Shown piece after piece: positions 9,142-18,311 of a stretch of 61,896 bases of DNA. The translations under genes and the position numbers were made by a program. The notes under the pieces are model-generated. The model searched no databases. It worked only from the letters and a program-made list of their open reading frames with translations, and had not been told where the DNA came from. This stretch comes from a virus (lineage: Duplodnaviria > Caudoviricetes). The first letter of the stretch is position 1. The number at the start of each line of letters is the position of its first letter. The stretch lies in the IMG/VR virus record IMGVR_UViG_3300030103_002748, positions 1 to 61,896 of that record; one strand, given 5' to 3'.

Positions 9142-9425
9142 AGCCTCCTTATTAGTTCTGCGAGTTTAGGCTGGCCAGCCTCCTGAATAGCATTATAAAC
9201 AGTGGTTCTATCACTCGCTGCCGCCTGTTTTAAATAATGCAAAACCGTGTGTCTAACTTGTTCTTTAAAAGCCTCTGCCTGTTGCCGAATAGTAGGATGT
9301 GCCGTTTGCGAAACAGAAACTATTTTTTCTGCACACATGTCTGCAAGCTCTTCCGGTGTGTGTCCTCTATAGGATGTGGTCTGCACTCCTACAGAAAAGT
9401 CATTGGTCACTTCTAATTTAAACAT
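9138..9425 (-). CDS. Hypothetical protein
   Basis: Coupled ORF in the structural operon. Confidence 0.7.
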   Translation of the reverse strand: MFKLEVTNDFSVGVQTTSYRGHTPEELADMCAEKIVSVSQTAHPTIRQQAEAFKEQVRHTVLHYLKQAAASDRTTVYNAIQEAGQPKLAELIRRL

Positions 9426-10075
9426 TAAGTTTTATCTCTAATAACCAGACCTGTTCTATAAGCGTCTGTGACCTCTTTAGCCTCACCAAAATTCTTCATA
9501 GAAACCACGCCTTCTGCAAATCGTTTTTCGTACTCTTGCATAACATCCGGCTCACCTTTCATATAAGTGTAAGCCTCTATTAAACACCCATATAATAAGG
9601 TCGTTTGGGCATTTTCACTCAACCAAGTGGTGCCACTTTCTGAACCAGCGGAAAGACTATTGGGCCTGTAAAAATAGTGTAACTCCACATTATAATTGTC
9701 ATTTGGCGTAGGTCCCAAGATAAAATTACTGTCATCAAACAAAGCATAATATCTTGGGTTCCCCGTGGTAGCACTGTTTGGATTAAATTCTTGCACAAAA
9801 TTTACGTCTTTATAGTCCAAAAATACTTGGTTTGAGCTGCTATCGGTAAAGGACAAAGAAAACGGCGCTAAAAAGTCCCCAGGAGCCGCAAGGAACTTAT
9901 TGCCGCTACTGGCTGTTCCTGCTGCATTTTTCCTGAAATACGTCAATTGAACATTTTTTAAAATGCGCTCCTCTGCCTGACGAATAAACACCGGCAAGTT
10001 TGTCACAAAACTAGTTTCAGTATTCTGAGTGTAGTCCTGAATAGCGGTTTTTAATTGTGCAAAAGTGAAGCTCAT
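9425..10075 (-). CDS. Head-tail adaptor / tail tubular protein A-like
   Basis: L..AIQDY...FI.QAE.RI, G.P.YYA, L.PTP...Y, WL......LLYG.L.EA pattern. Confidence 0.65.
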   Translation of the reverse strand: MSFTFAQLKTAIQDYTQNTETSFVTNLPVFIRQAEERILKNVQLTYFRKNAAGTASSGNKFLAAPGDFLAPFSLSFTDSSSNQVFLDYKDVNFVQEFNPNSATTGNPRYYALFDDSNFILGPTPNDNYNVELHYFYRPNSLSAGSESGTTWLSENAQTTLLYGCLIEAYTYMKGEPDVMQEYEKRFAEGVVSMKNFGEAKEVTDAYRTGLVIRDKT

Positions 10076-10377
10076 GAAATTGTCACCGTGACACTACCAA
10101 CTTGCCCATTAGCTAATAAGGGTTTAAAACTAGGTCCCTCTACTTGAGGCACCCCAACGGAAATGTCTAAAGGCTCTACTCGGTCCGGCCTGGGATTACG
10201 CAAAGCCTGCGGGTCTGTAATGCTTTTTGGAGACTCTAACTGAGGCTGTTTCTCTTCCCATTCGTCTTTGCCCACCAAGAGGCCATTCCACTCTCGTTTC
10301 ATCTCGTTTAACTTGTAACGAAACCCGCTTCTGTCTGATATGCCATAGGCATGTTTACCAACAGCGAACTTACCCAT
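10072..10377 (-). CDS. Hypothetical virion-associated protein
   Basis: SDRSGFRY...EWNGLLV...DPQAL.NPRPD; C-terminus GQVGSVTVTIS. Confidence 0.7.
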   Translation of the reverse strand: MGKFAVGKHAYGISDRSGFRYKLNEMKREWNGLLVGKDEWEEKQPQLESPKSITDPQALRNPRPDRVEPLDISVGVPQVEGPSFKPLLANGQVGSVTVTIS

Positions 10378-11045
10378 TACAAATTCTGCGAATACGCCAA
10401 ACTTGGCACAATATTAAAAGAGGCTCGATCACGATCCATGCTCATAGCACGATCCATTTCCTCTTCATACACAGCTTTCAATAGTTGTACTCTATCCGGG
10501 GCTTTTTTTATGGCTATGTAATAAGCCAACCCTGCCGCCAAACAAGGATAAAATCGGAAGGGCACCTCTACTGTGTTTTGTGCGGTATCCGCGTCATCTA
10601 TTCGAACTAACCGATCAAACACAACCACGTCCGTACTGTTCTCTGGCACGGGCCAAAGCTTCAAAACCGGTGTAATTAACCTGTCAAGAAAAAATTGAGA
10701 CGGACGTCCTTGAGTCGTCTTGTTGGGGATATTCAAGTAATCATCCCGACTCAATCGCTCTATGCCATAATCAACGTCTGACCTACGCACCACCACCGAT
10801 AGAATATCTATAGTGTCGGCCCCCAAACTGTAACTAGAAGTCCCTTGGGTCAAAGCCTGCGTCGTTTGTTCTATTGTCCAGGCGTTTAAGCCTCTATTGG
10901 CCCAATCTGCAAACAGCAGGTTCATAGAGCGTTTAGCGGTCTTAATGTCGTAACCGGTACGAACCTCTCGACCACAACGCTCAAACGCCTCCTCAATGTA
11001 TTCGGTGACGTCTAACTCAAAGTTTTTAGAACCAGAAACAGCCAT
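10377..11045 (-). CDS. Head-to-tail connector (P22 gp4-like adaptor)
   Basis: IEEAFERCG...A.RS.NLL...WANRG, GRP.QF, LWPVP, L..GLAY; location downstream of head genes. Confidence 0.65.
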   Translation of the reverse strand: MAVSGSKNFELDVTEYIEEAFERCGREVRTGYDIKTAKRSMNLLFADWANRGLNAWTIEQTTQALTQGTSSYSLGADTIDILSVVVRRSDVDYGIERLSRDDYLNIPNKTTQGRPSQFFLDRLITPVLKLWPVPENSTDVVVFDRLVRIDDADTAQNTVEVPFRFYPCLAAGLAYYIAIKKAPDRVQLLKAVYEEEMDRAMSMDRDRASFNIVPSLAYSQNL

Positions 11046-11047
11046 TG

Positions 11048-11410
11048 TTATTTCTTCTTGTTAATGGGTCCACCGCGCATTCTCTTCATGACGCCCGCCT
11101 TCTTAGAGACCTTTCCGCCCATGTTTCTCTTCATAACGCCCGCCTTCTTAGAGACCTTTCCGCCCATGTTCTTTTTAACGGGTTTTTCACCTCTAGCAGC
11201 CATAATACGATCTCTTTGAGTAATTTTACCGTCACCACTCATGTCTTTCAGGCCACCGCCGTCTTTCATTTTCTTGGGTTTCATGGGACCACCTACATCT
11301 CCACCGCCCCTCATCTTTTTAGGTTTTTTGGTAGCTCCATTGCCTAAATTAACCACAGACCTTGAAGAGCCGCCCGCACCTGCTTCTTTCTTTCTAGGAC
11401 TCATTGCCAT
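11048..11410 (-). CDS. Highly basic Lys/Gly/Met-rich small protein
   Basis: Very K-rich; several MxxGG/xMGG motifs; internal 15-aa duplication. Confidence 0.7.
   Translation of the reverse strand: MAMSPRKKEAGAGGSSRSVVNLGNGATKKPKKMRGGGDVGGPMKPKKMKDGGGLKDMSGDGKITQRDRIMAARGEKPVKKNMGGKVSKKAGVMKRNMGGKVSKKAGVMKRMRGGPINKKK
11084..11173. repeat. 45-bp tandem duplication encoding (K/R)NMGGKVSKKAGVMK twice
   Basis: acgcccgccttcttagagacctttccgcccatgtt occurs twice at 45-nt spacing. Confidence 0.9.
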
Positions 11411-11975
11411 CTTTCAGTCTCCTGTAAAATTCATGACGAATCTTATACATGTTTTCGACGTCGTATGCGTCAAAATAACGTTCATAATAACCCAACTGGC
11501 GTATCTTATCTGCCGATTCCTCTAACTTGCTAAGACGTTGGACAAATATCATCGCATATTCGTCCTCTGTTTCTGCTTCAAATGTGCCATCATCTACAAG
11601 CTCATTCACATCTTGATCGGGATGAAATCCCATGACCCAAATGTCACGGTCTATAAATATACCGTCAGATATAGCTTGATTGATGTCATCGAGGTATTCG
11701 TGGAAGGCGTCTGAGTCTTCGGTAAACGCTAAATCCACGATAATTACCAAATCCACCTTGTCGTCCCAGGTAGATATGACCGTCCACAAGTCCTGATAAT
11801 TAGCGGGATCGCGTTTAAAAATAACCGAAACCCGTTGCGCTGCCCAAGCTGCTTTAGCATAAGGGCAAGCGGGTAACCCATTAAATTCTGGGTTCTTTTT
11901 CTCTAAGAGAGTTCTGGACCACTCTCTTATTTCATTGTAAATCTTTTTTTCGTTTCCAACAAAAAATTCATGCAT
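11394..11975 (-). CDS. DUF1415-like protein
   Basis: W......N...CPYA and FHP motifs; start reassigned to ATG 11975, overlapping the upstream stop. Confidence 0.5.
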   Translation of the reverse strand: MHEFFVGNEKKIYNEIREWSRTLLEKKNPEFNGLPACPYAKAAWAAQRVSVIFKRDPANYQDLWTVISTWDDKVDLVIIVDLAFTEDSDAFHEYLDDINQAISDGIFIDRDIWVMGFHPDQDVNELVDDGTFEAETEDEYAMIFVQRLSKLEESADKIRQLGYYERYFDAYDVENMYKIRHEFYRRLKDGNES

Positions 11976-12282
11976 ACCGTGTCTTTTTCTTACGATCTGG
12001 CATGATGGCACCGCATCCTCTGCTTACTAAACCGCCCTCACTCATTTTACGGACTTTCGCTTTTTCAGTGTTAGATACTACCGTTTTGCCTTTAGCCCCT
12101 TCTTTTCTTTTTTTACGAGCAGTAGTTGCGCGTTCTTTTTTAGACAAACTTTGTGCTTTAGAACGGGGCAAACACCGATCAGGGTTTTTCTTGTCCTTAG
12201 ACGTGCCGCATTTCCCCGCAATATTGCCGGAACTATCTATCCTGACCCAATCCTGCTTGAGCCATTTTTTTAGCTCACCCAT
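11968..12282 (-). CDS. Basic hypothetical protein
   Basis: L.KW..QDWV, CG, RCLP motifs; K/R-rich; MSEGG motif. Confidence 0.75.
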   Translation of the reverse strand: MGELKKWLKQDWVRIDSSGNIAGKCGTSKDKKNPDRCLPRSKAQSLSKKERATTARKKRKEGAKGKTVVSNTEKAKVRKMSEGGLVSRGCGAIMPDRKKKTRYA

Positions 12283-12521
12283 TAACGTCCTTTCCTCTTA
12301 CCGCCTTTCGATTTTTTGGCGTAATTAGGGTCTTTACAATACTTTGAAGCAGCTAAATTGGCGTATGCGCTTGGATAAGTATCAAATGTTCTTTTCGCCC
12401 AGGCTTTGCCCTCCGGGCAAATTTTGCTGCCCTTTTTCTTGGCAGCGCCACCTTTAGCCATTTTAATAACACCACACTTGGACGCAGGCACTACCGTTCC
12501 TGTTCGAACTCTACTACCCAT
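12282..12521 (-). CDS. Basic hypothetical protein
   Basis: AK..F..YPSAYAN motif; K-rich; MAKGG motif. Confidence 0.75.
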   Translation of the reverse strand: MGSRVRTGTVVPASKCGVIKMAKGGAAKKKGSKICPEGKAWAKRTFDTYPSAYANLAASKYCKDPNYAKKSKGGKRKGR

Positions 12522-12533
12522 GAGCAGTTCCTC

Positions 12534-12821
12534 TTAACATTTCCACCTTTTTCTAGCCTGACGTAGCCTAGAGTTAGGGTTTTTGGCAGCTTTGGGAAAT
12601 TTTTTCATCTGCCCCGCAGAACGCGCACAAAAAGATTTACGACGTTTTGCATCTTTGCTGCCCTTTTTAACTTTTCCGGTTACGGCTGTTTGCAGTTTAG
12701 AACCAGGATTTTTCTTTCGGTAAGCTTTTACTCCGGCCTTAGTCATCCCCGCTCCCTTTTTAGTGGGGCGAAAATTAGTCTTATTGCGCTTCGGCATATT
12801 GTTGCGTTTGCGCTCTGCCAT
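12534..12821 (-). CDS. Basic hypothetical protein
   Basis: G.T..G...Y....PGSKL, RRKSFCAR..G, NSR.....RWKC. Confidence 0.75.
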   Translation of the reverse strand: MAERKRNNMPKRNKTNFRPTKKGAGMTKAGVKAYRKKNPGSKLQTAVTGKVKKGSKDAKRRKSFCARSAGQMKKFPKAAKNPNSRLRQARKRWKC

Positions 12822-12828
12822 AAATCAC

Positions 12829-13104
12829 CTAGCTAAAGAATATGGTTAAAGCCGTAATGTTCGTTGCTGTCCCCACATGTATATCAGAGATAAACAGTAG
12901 CCCCTCGTCCGGTATGTTTACAGAGTGCGTGGACGATTGAACAAAGTCTAGATCAACTATTGTTGCACCACCATTACCGTTGGTAAGGGTTAAACGGCCC
13001 GCTCCCGAACCAACCAGGACCTGAACTTGACGAAGCCTAGCGCGGCCAGTATTGGCCGCCCCAGTTCCCGTCAGACGTTTCGATCTTACGTCTGAATTAG
13101 CCAT
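12829..13104 (-). CDS. Small virion structural protein (putative)
   Basis: Beta-rich, IP.EG.LF motif, in the head operon. Confidence 0.6.
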   Translation of the reverse strand: MANSDVRSKRLTGTGAANTGRARLRQVQVLVGSGAGRLTLTNGNGGATIVDLDFVQSSTHSVNIPDEGLLFISDIHVGTATNITALTIFFS

Positions 13105-13116
13105 ATCTATCTCCTA

Positions 13117-13599
13117 TTAGGATGCGTCAGAAGAGCTAGATATGCCAAAAAACTTCAGAACAATCACTGTGTCGCCGCCGGGATCACCCGAAACAACAAG
13201 CTCCACTTCGTCTGCCGTTTCTGTGGCCGCTGTAGTTGCGCCACCCGACATTCCAAGAACGCCGTTACACGGGAAAAAACCTTTGAATCCGACTGAATTT
13301 ACAGCGGCGGAAATGCCATCGACAAAGCCATCTGTGTTTGCATCGGTGCCTATATCATTGAGAGTTACAGCGTTTGCAGCGGCTGTGGTAACAGCGACCG
13401 TAACAGCCATAGGTATAAAGTTTGACGGAATACCAATAGCCGCCTCTTTACCAGTGGTGGCACCGTCTGCCACAGTAATGGTCGTCTCGTAAGTCTTGAG
13501 CGTCATTGTGCTAGTAACAGCACCGGTGGTGGCATTTTTGGTTATATCTTGAAAACCGTTCTCTGAACGGACGGGACCACTAAAAGTAGTATTAGCCAT
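13117..13599 (-). CDS. Putative capsid decoration/minor head protein
   Basis: MANTTFSGPVRSENGF N-terminus; A/T/G-rich; immediately after the major capsid gene. Confidence 0.6.
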   Translation of the reverse strand: MANTTFSGPVRSENGFQDITKNATTGAVTSTMTLKTYETTITVADGATTGKEAAIGIPSNFIPMAVTVAVTTAAANAVTLNDIGTDANTDGFVDGISAAVNSVGFKGFFPCNGVLGMSGGATTAATETADEVELVVSGDPGGDTVIVLKFFGISSSSDAS

Positions 13600-13666
13600 G
13601 CTGATCTCCTGTCTTGGCTAGTGTCAGTCACAGGATGCGACTGTCAGGATTTGTGTACGATACGAT

Positions 13667-13696
13667 AAAAAAAGGGGTGACACAAGCCACCCCTTC
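13667..13696 (-). terminator. Intrinsic terminator after the major capsid gene
   Basis: Minus strand AAGGGGTG-loop-CACCCCTT followed by a T run. Confidence 0.75.
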
Positions 13697-13714
13697 TTCC
13701 ACACCTTCCGGTGG

Positions 13715-14620
13715 TTAAGCGCCTTCAGTTCCGAAAACACATCTCCAATCAGAGACACCGAAGCTATATCGCTCCCGAGCCTTGAATCGCATGTTTCCAG
13801 TATCAAAGTCGCCTTCCATACCCGTAGTTATGGCAGTACGTTCGAACAACTTAAACCCATTAGGTGCATCTGTCTTAATGAAGAAGGCATCCGTATCGGT
13901 GAGGAAGTGATTTACCACCGCACCTTCAGGGAGCATACCCATAGATTTAAGAGCGTTTACGTCGTTATCCGCCGTAGCTGAACGTAGGTTGGAGTTCATC
14001 ACACGCTCTGCAATAAATTGCAGCTCTTTTGGAATGATTAACTTCATGCCACGTATGGCGATCTTTAGACCTCGCTCGTCAGTTAAACCAGCAATATCGA
14101 TAAGCATTTGCTCAAGCGACGTCTCATTGAGGTCCGCTGCAACAGTAAGCTTATTACGCTGGTTACCCGTCAGAGAGGGGTGCGCTGCCGAACAAAGCGC
14201 GGCACCGTCACCAACAGGTGAGCCTGTGCTAAACGCATTGTTCAATATAGAGGCCGCCTTGATTTGCTTGGTCTGAGACATAGACCGCGCTAAAGCACGG
14301 GTATATCGAGCAGCAAGCCTATCGTACAGGTTGTCCTCTACAGCTTCTTCAGTAATGCTAAAAGCCAGAGCAATGGTTTCGTGTGTATAACGAGCAGTAT
14401 AAGTCTCCTGCGCGTCATCAAATGAAATCGCTCCACCTTCTGATTTAACTGGCGCAGTGCCAAAACCAGACAGCATCACTTCTTCTTCAAAAGCACGATC
14501 TGAAGATTCTGTTTCAAAAATCTCAGTATGCTCGTTGTCGTATCGGTCGTATTCGAGCCCGAACAAGGCATTAAGGCCGGGTTCTAGCTCTTTCGCAAGT
14601 TGTGCGCGAGAAATAGCCAT
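13715..14620 (-). CDS. Major capsid protein (HK97 fold)
   Basis: MAISRAQLAKELEPGLNALFG N-terminus, 301 aa, after scaffold, strong RBS (GGAGG) and own terminator; C-terminal RERYSFG..DWR. Confidence 0.85.
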   Translation of the reverse strand: MAISRAQLAKELEPGLNALFGLEYDRYDNEHTEIFETESSDRAFEEEVMLSGFGTAPVKSEGGAISFDDAQETYTARYTHETIALAFSITEEAVEDNLYDRLAARYTRALARSMSQTKQIKAASILNNAFSTGSPVGDGAALCSAAHPSLTGNQRNKLTVAADLNETSLEQMLIDIAGLTDERGLKIAIRGMKLIIPKELQFIAERVMNSNLRSATADNDVNALKSMGMLPEGAVVNHFLTDTDAFFIKTDAPNGFKLFERTAITTGMEGDFDTGNMRFKARERYSFGVSDWRCVFGTEGA

Positions 14621-14634
14621 TAGTTAAACCCTCC

Positions 14635-15285
14635 TTAAATGCCGGTAGAATCCGCAGTGGTTTGAGAATCAAACCGGCGGCTTCCAGCGTTAAAATGCGC
14701 GTTCAGACGAACTAACAACGGTATGCCAGCAGCGGCAAAATCGCTATTCGCTTCATCGTCCACGATACCAACAATACGCAGCGGTAATGTCGCAGTCACT
14801 GCAACATTAGCCACACTAGCTGCCGAATTAGAGCGACCAGTGTTTGTGCTGCCTGTACGAGCTGACGTGCCCAAATCTGTGTTAGCAAATACCGTAGCCA
14901 ATGCTGTTGCTCTGTCTGTAAGAGACGCATCAGAAGCGACTTGGAAAAGCTGATTTGGGTTGTCTGCAACGAAAGCTTTTACGGGGAAATTAGTGTCCAC
15001 GCTCACGCTTCCGCTACCAGGCCAATAGTTAATAAAGACCGGCTTTTTCTGAACCGAGTCTTGGTACTCTACACCCATTAGGACGCCAAGTGCCTGCGTG
15101 GTACCACCATTGGTAGCACCTGCTTGATCAATTACGCCCGCTGCCGTAGGAACGACAATAGCGCCATTGAAAATGGCATTTGTATTGTTGCTGGCAATCT
15201 CGTACTGAGTTACCCCAGTGGAGTTAACACCTGCACCAACAAGCCCAACAGGACGTAGACCATAGGCAGTTTCTTGATTTGCCAT
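14635..15285 (-). CDS. Putative capsid cement/auxiliary capsid protein
   Basis: MAN....YGLRPV start; beta-rich; between scaffold region and major capsid gene. Confidence 0.6.
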   Translation of the reverse strand: MANQETAYGLRPVGLVGAGVNSTGVTQYEIASNNTNAIFNGAIVVPTAAGVIDQAGATNGGTTQALGVLMGVEYQDSVQKKPVFINYWPGSGSVSVDTNFPVKAFVADNPNQLFQVASDASLTDRATALATVFANTDLGTSARTGSTNTGRSNSAASVANVAVTATLPLRIVGIVDDEANSDFAAAGIPLLVRLNAHFNAGSRRFDSQTTADSTGI

Positions 15286-15313
15286 TGGAACATCTCCTTA
15301 TTGGGGTGACCTA

Positions 15314-15805
15314 CTAATCTTTTCGTGGGCCACCAAAAGTTACACGAGATTGACGATCAGGTTTATTGATCGCCATGCTTTCATGAGCATTTTCTCGCAT
15401 CATATCGTGATCAACAGCGTCTAAAAGGTCTTTGCTCTTCCCTTGGAAGTATTCTGTCCTTTCTTTAACCGTTTCTATCGGTATACGTGCGAGAACCAAT
15501 CCACCAACTCCAAACACACCTTCAAATTTTCCTGATTCAACTACCGGGGCCTCAAAATCAGGGTATTCATCTGCTCTCACAAGCTCATACCCCTCTCTCA
15601 AACGAGCAGAGATGTTCTTACGGTCGTCAAAACCTCGAACCTCTGCTCTAATCCACCGGTGCTTATACCCTTCGGGTGCAGGCGGTGCTTCGAGCATGGA
15701 TGGGGGAGCCCAAGGCTTTCGCCGTTGCTCCTTCTCCCTGCTGTCTTTAGCGCGAGGAGATCGATCAATACCTTCAAAACCAACTTTCTTTGTAGCCATT
15801 GTCAT
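15314..15805 (-). CDS. Conserved head-module hypothetical protein
   Basis: W.PP..L..P..PEGY..RWIR, REG.E.V, GGL.LARIP. Confidence 0.75.
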   Translation of the reverse strand: MTMATKKVGFEGIDRSPRAKDSREKEQRRKPWAPPSMLEAPPAPEGYKHRWIRAEVRGFDDRKNISARLREGYELVRADEYPDFEAPVVESGKFEGVFGVGGLVLARIPIETVKERTEYFQGKSKDLLDAVDHDMMRENAHESMAINKPDRQSRVTFGGPRKD

Positions 15806-15808
15806 CTC

Positions 15809-16744
15809 CTATTTGACATATTTCGCGTATTCTTCTAGCGGCACACCCAATCTTTTGGCTATAGCAACCTGGCTAGGTGTGAGTTTCCGTTTTTTAGAGC
15901 GCCCTGTTGACGAATTGGTGCGAGATACTCCAGCCACGTTTTGGGCGGGTTTTCGACTGGTCTCGTTATCAGAATTATTAGAGAATTTATGCGGGAACTC
16001 CTGCTTAATCCTCTTATCTAACTCATCATAGTACTCATTAGTTTGTGGGTCAAACCCCTCATCCTCAATAAGTTCCTGATGTATCCCATACGCAGCAAAA
16101 GTCATGGTGCGGTCCTTACCAAACCACTCGTTTTTATCCGCCCACTCTTCCGCTTTTGGGTCAGGACGTTGCGGAGCTTGTTGGGGTTGTTGCTGCGGAG
16201 CTTGTTGGGGTTGTTGCTGCTGTTGGGCTTGAGGTGCTTGTTCCTGACGGGCAGCCCGAGCTTGCTGCGCTCTTTTAGCATCCTCTAACTTGCTAGAGGC
16301 CACCTGTAAATTAGTCAGCTTTTGCTGTGCCTCCAAGGCTTTGTCGGGATCACCTGTCGCTATGGCACGTTTATAATCGTCCTGTGCCTGTGCCAGCTCC
16401 GCAGTGATTCGGCCACCGTATTCATTCAAGTATCCAGCATCTACCTGCTTTAATTTAGCTTTTAATTGATCCGATTCTGTCTGAACAGACTGGGCATAGG
16501 TTACGGCTTCTTCGCGCTGCCTTTCGGCTTCGCGCATTTTTTTTGTCAGACGGTCTATACGCTTTTGAACACCAGCAGTGTATTTCTGATGTTCATCATC
16601 GTCTTCTGACTGATCTTCTGACTCTTCTGAAGTGGTTTCAGCAACTTCTACCTCTACCTCTACAGCCTCCTCGTTTTCCCCCAGCTCTATATCTACGGTG
16701 CCGTCATCCGGCTTGTGAGCTTTCGCTTCGTTCTCTTCGGCCAT
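15809..16744 (-). CDS. Scaffolding protein (putative)
   Basis: Acidic N-terminus, long coiled coil (VQKRI..LT), Q/P linker, C-terminal LT.SQ..IAKRLGV..EEYAK helix. Confidence 0.7.
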   Translation of the reverse strand: MAEENEAKAHKPDDGTVDIELGENEEAVEVEVEVAETTSEESEDQSEDDDEHQKYTAGVQKRIDRLTKKMREAERQREEAVTYAQSVQTESDQLKAKLKQVDAGYLNEYGGRITAELAQAQDDYKRAIATGDPDKALEAQQKLTNLQVASSKLEDAKRAQQARAARQEQAPQAQQQQQPQQAPQQQPQQAPQRPDPKAEEWADKNEWFGKDRTMTFAAYGIHQELIEDEGFDPQTNEYYDELDKRIKQEFPHKFSNNSDNETSRKPAQNVAGVSRTNSSTGRSKKRKLTPSQVAIAKRLGVPLEEYAKYVK

Positions 16745-16753
16745 GTTTACCTC

Positions 16754-17254
16754 TTAAAAGCTAATGATGTCTTCTGGATCAGATATAGTGGCTAAAATTT
16801 CATCATCATTAAGAATGCGAACCTCACCACCATCTATGCGAAACCTGGAACCAGCGTATCGGGCAAAAATCACCCAATCTTTTTCCTGACACCAGGGGCC
16901 CTCTGGGAACTTTTCTGTATCTTTGTAAGCCAAAGGACCTTGTTTTAAAACACAGCCAACCACGGTCTGTATTTGACCGTCGTCCAAAACTTGATCAGGG
17001 ATATAAATGCCGCCCTCTGTTTGAGCCTTGCCCCGAAAAGGAAGGATCAGCATACGCCAGCCCGTTGGGTTTGGCATACGTTCTAGAAGAGAGGCATCCG
17101 CCTTAGAGGGGTCTAAAACACGGGCTTTAGGGTCAACATACATCTTGTCAACGCCTTCTTTTTCCGTGGTTTCACGTGAAACTTCTTCTTTTTGCTTGGT
17201 TTCTTCAGCTTCTTTATCTAGCTGATCCGCCAAGTAACCCGGCACTTCAATCAT
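16754..17254 (-). CDS. groES: Co-chaperonin GroES (Cpn10)-like
   Basis: P.GWR.LI, TEGGIYIPD mobile loop, G.VL..GP, VIF.RYAG, ILNDDEILA. Confidence 0.85.
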   Translation of the reverse strand: MIEVPGYLADQLDKEAEETKQKEEVSRETTEKEGVDKMYVDPKARVLDPSKADASLLERMPNPTGWRMLILPFRGKAQTEGGIYIPDQVLDDGQIQTVVGCVLKQGPLAYKDTEKFPEGPWCQEKDWVIFARYAGSRFRIDGGEVRILNDDEILATISDPEDIISF

Positions 17255-17444
17255 GCATACGCTCCTGTTGTTCTAGCAGGCCCAAGAGTTCCTGTGCTAT
17301 GTAATTTAAAGCGTCTAATTCCCCCATGAGTTGCTTGTAAGCTTCTAAAGAGGTAACGCCGTTGTTTTCTAAAAGGTCCAAAACCAAAGACTTTCGTTCT
17401 TTTATCTTTTTTTGGACAAACTGCACTACGACTAAATCATCCAT
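17247..17444 (-). CDS. Hypothetical helical protein
   Basis: Coupled to groES; Y....GE..AL pattern. Confidence 0.65.
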   Translation of the reverse strand: MDDLVVVQFVQKKIKERKSLVLDLLENNGVTSLEAYKQLMGELDALNYIAQELLGLLEQQERMHD

Positions 17445-17476
17445 AACGTCCTCGTCTTATAAAGTCGTAGCGAATC

Positions 17477-17878
17477 TTATATCAGATGTTTTCTATTAGC
17501 TAGGTGTGCTTCCTTTATTGCAAACTTACTTTGGCCAAAATATTCAACGGCCATGTGGTTTTTAATCAACTCCTCGCAAAGCCACTTGTCGTGACGTTTG
17601 AAATCACCCATATAACGACCGTATTTACCGCCTTTGTCCTTGTACGTTTTTAAAGTTACCACCGTGCCTACCGGCATGAAGTCCTCTACAAACTTCTTGG
17701 CCATGAGTCCGTATTTCTTTTCCTCTTTATCTCGGGTTCTGCTCTCAGGCGCATCAATTCCATAGAGGCGAATACGACCACGCTTGCCACCCACGTAAGT
17801 ATCAAAGCCAAGGTCCACCAAAACATCAACCGTGTCTCCATCTACAATTTTAACGACGGTTGCGGAATACTCATACAT
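17477..17878 (-). CDS. Staphylococcal nuclease (thermonuclease)-like protein
   Basis: V.KIVDGDT, RIRLYGIDAPE, KYGR motifs. Confidence 0.88.
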   Translation of the reverse strand: MYEYSATVVKIVDGDTVDVLVDLGFDTYVGGKRGRIRLYGIDAPESRTRDKEEKKYGLMAKKFVEDFMPVGTVVTLKTYKDKGGKYGRYMGDFKRHDKWLCEELIKNHMAVEYFGQSKFAIKEAHLANRKHLI

Positions 17879-18311
17879 AAGTGCCAGCTTTTATAATGTC
17901 GGTTAGTTCTAAGGCCCTATTGCCAACTTGCCGAGACCACCTAGAATCCATAAATTCTACTGCGGCGGCATCATAGTCCTGCTTTTCCATAGCCGCTATG
18001 GCGTTTTTAAAACCCCTAAACCGGGTAGCACCAAGGTTAAAGAAAATGTTCAAAATAGCGTCTTTACGAGGCCCCTCTAGGCTTCGAAACCAAACATATT
18101 CTGCGCTAAGTTCTGCCTCACACCTCTCCAGGTCGTTTTGGAGCAGAAAATCAACCTCCTCCTCCGACAAACCGATACCGCCATCCTCATCCACATTGCG
18201 ACCAATACCTATTGTCCATTTTCCGTCTGGACACTGATAAGCCACGTGGCGGCCATCCTCAGACCTAACCTCACCCTCGTGGCGTTTAAGCATATCTATT
18301 AATTCACTCAT
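17871..18311 (-). CDS. Endolysin, phage lysozyme (second copy)
   Basis: HEG, AY.C..G.WTIGIGRN, FNLG, DSRW.RQVG.RA. Confidence 0.9.
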   Translation of the reverse strand: MSELIDMLKRHEGEVRSEDGRHVAYQCPDGKWTIGIGRNVDEDGGIGLSEEEVDFLLQNDLERCEAELSAEYVWFRSLEGPRKDAILNIFFNLGATRFRGFKNAIAAMEKQDYDAAAVEFMDSRWSRQVGNRALELTDIIKAGTYV

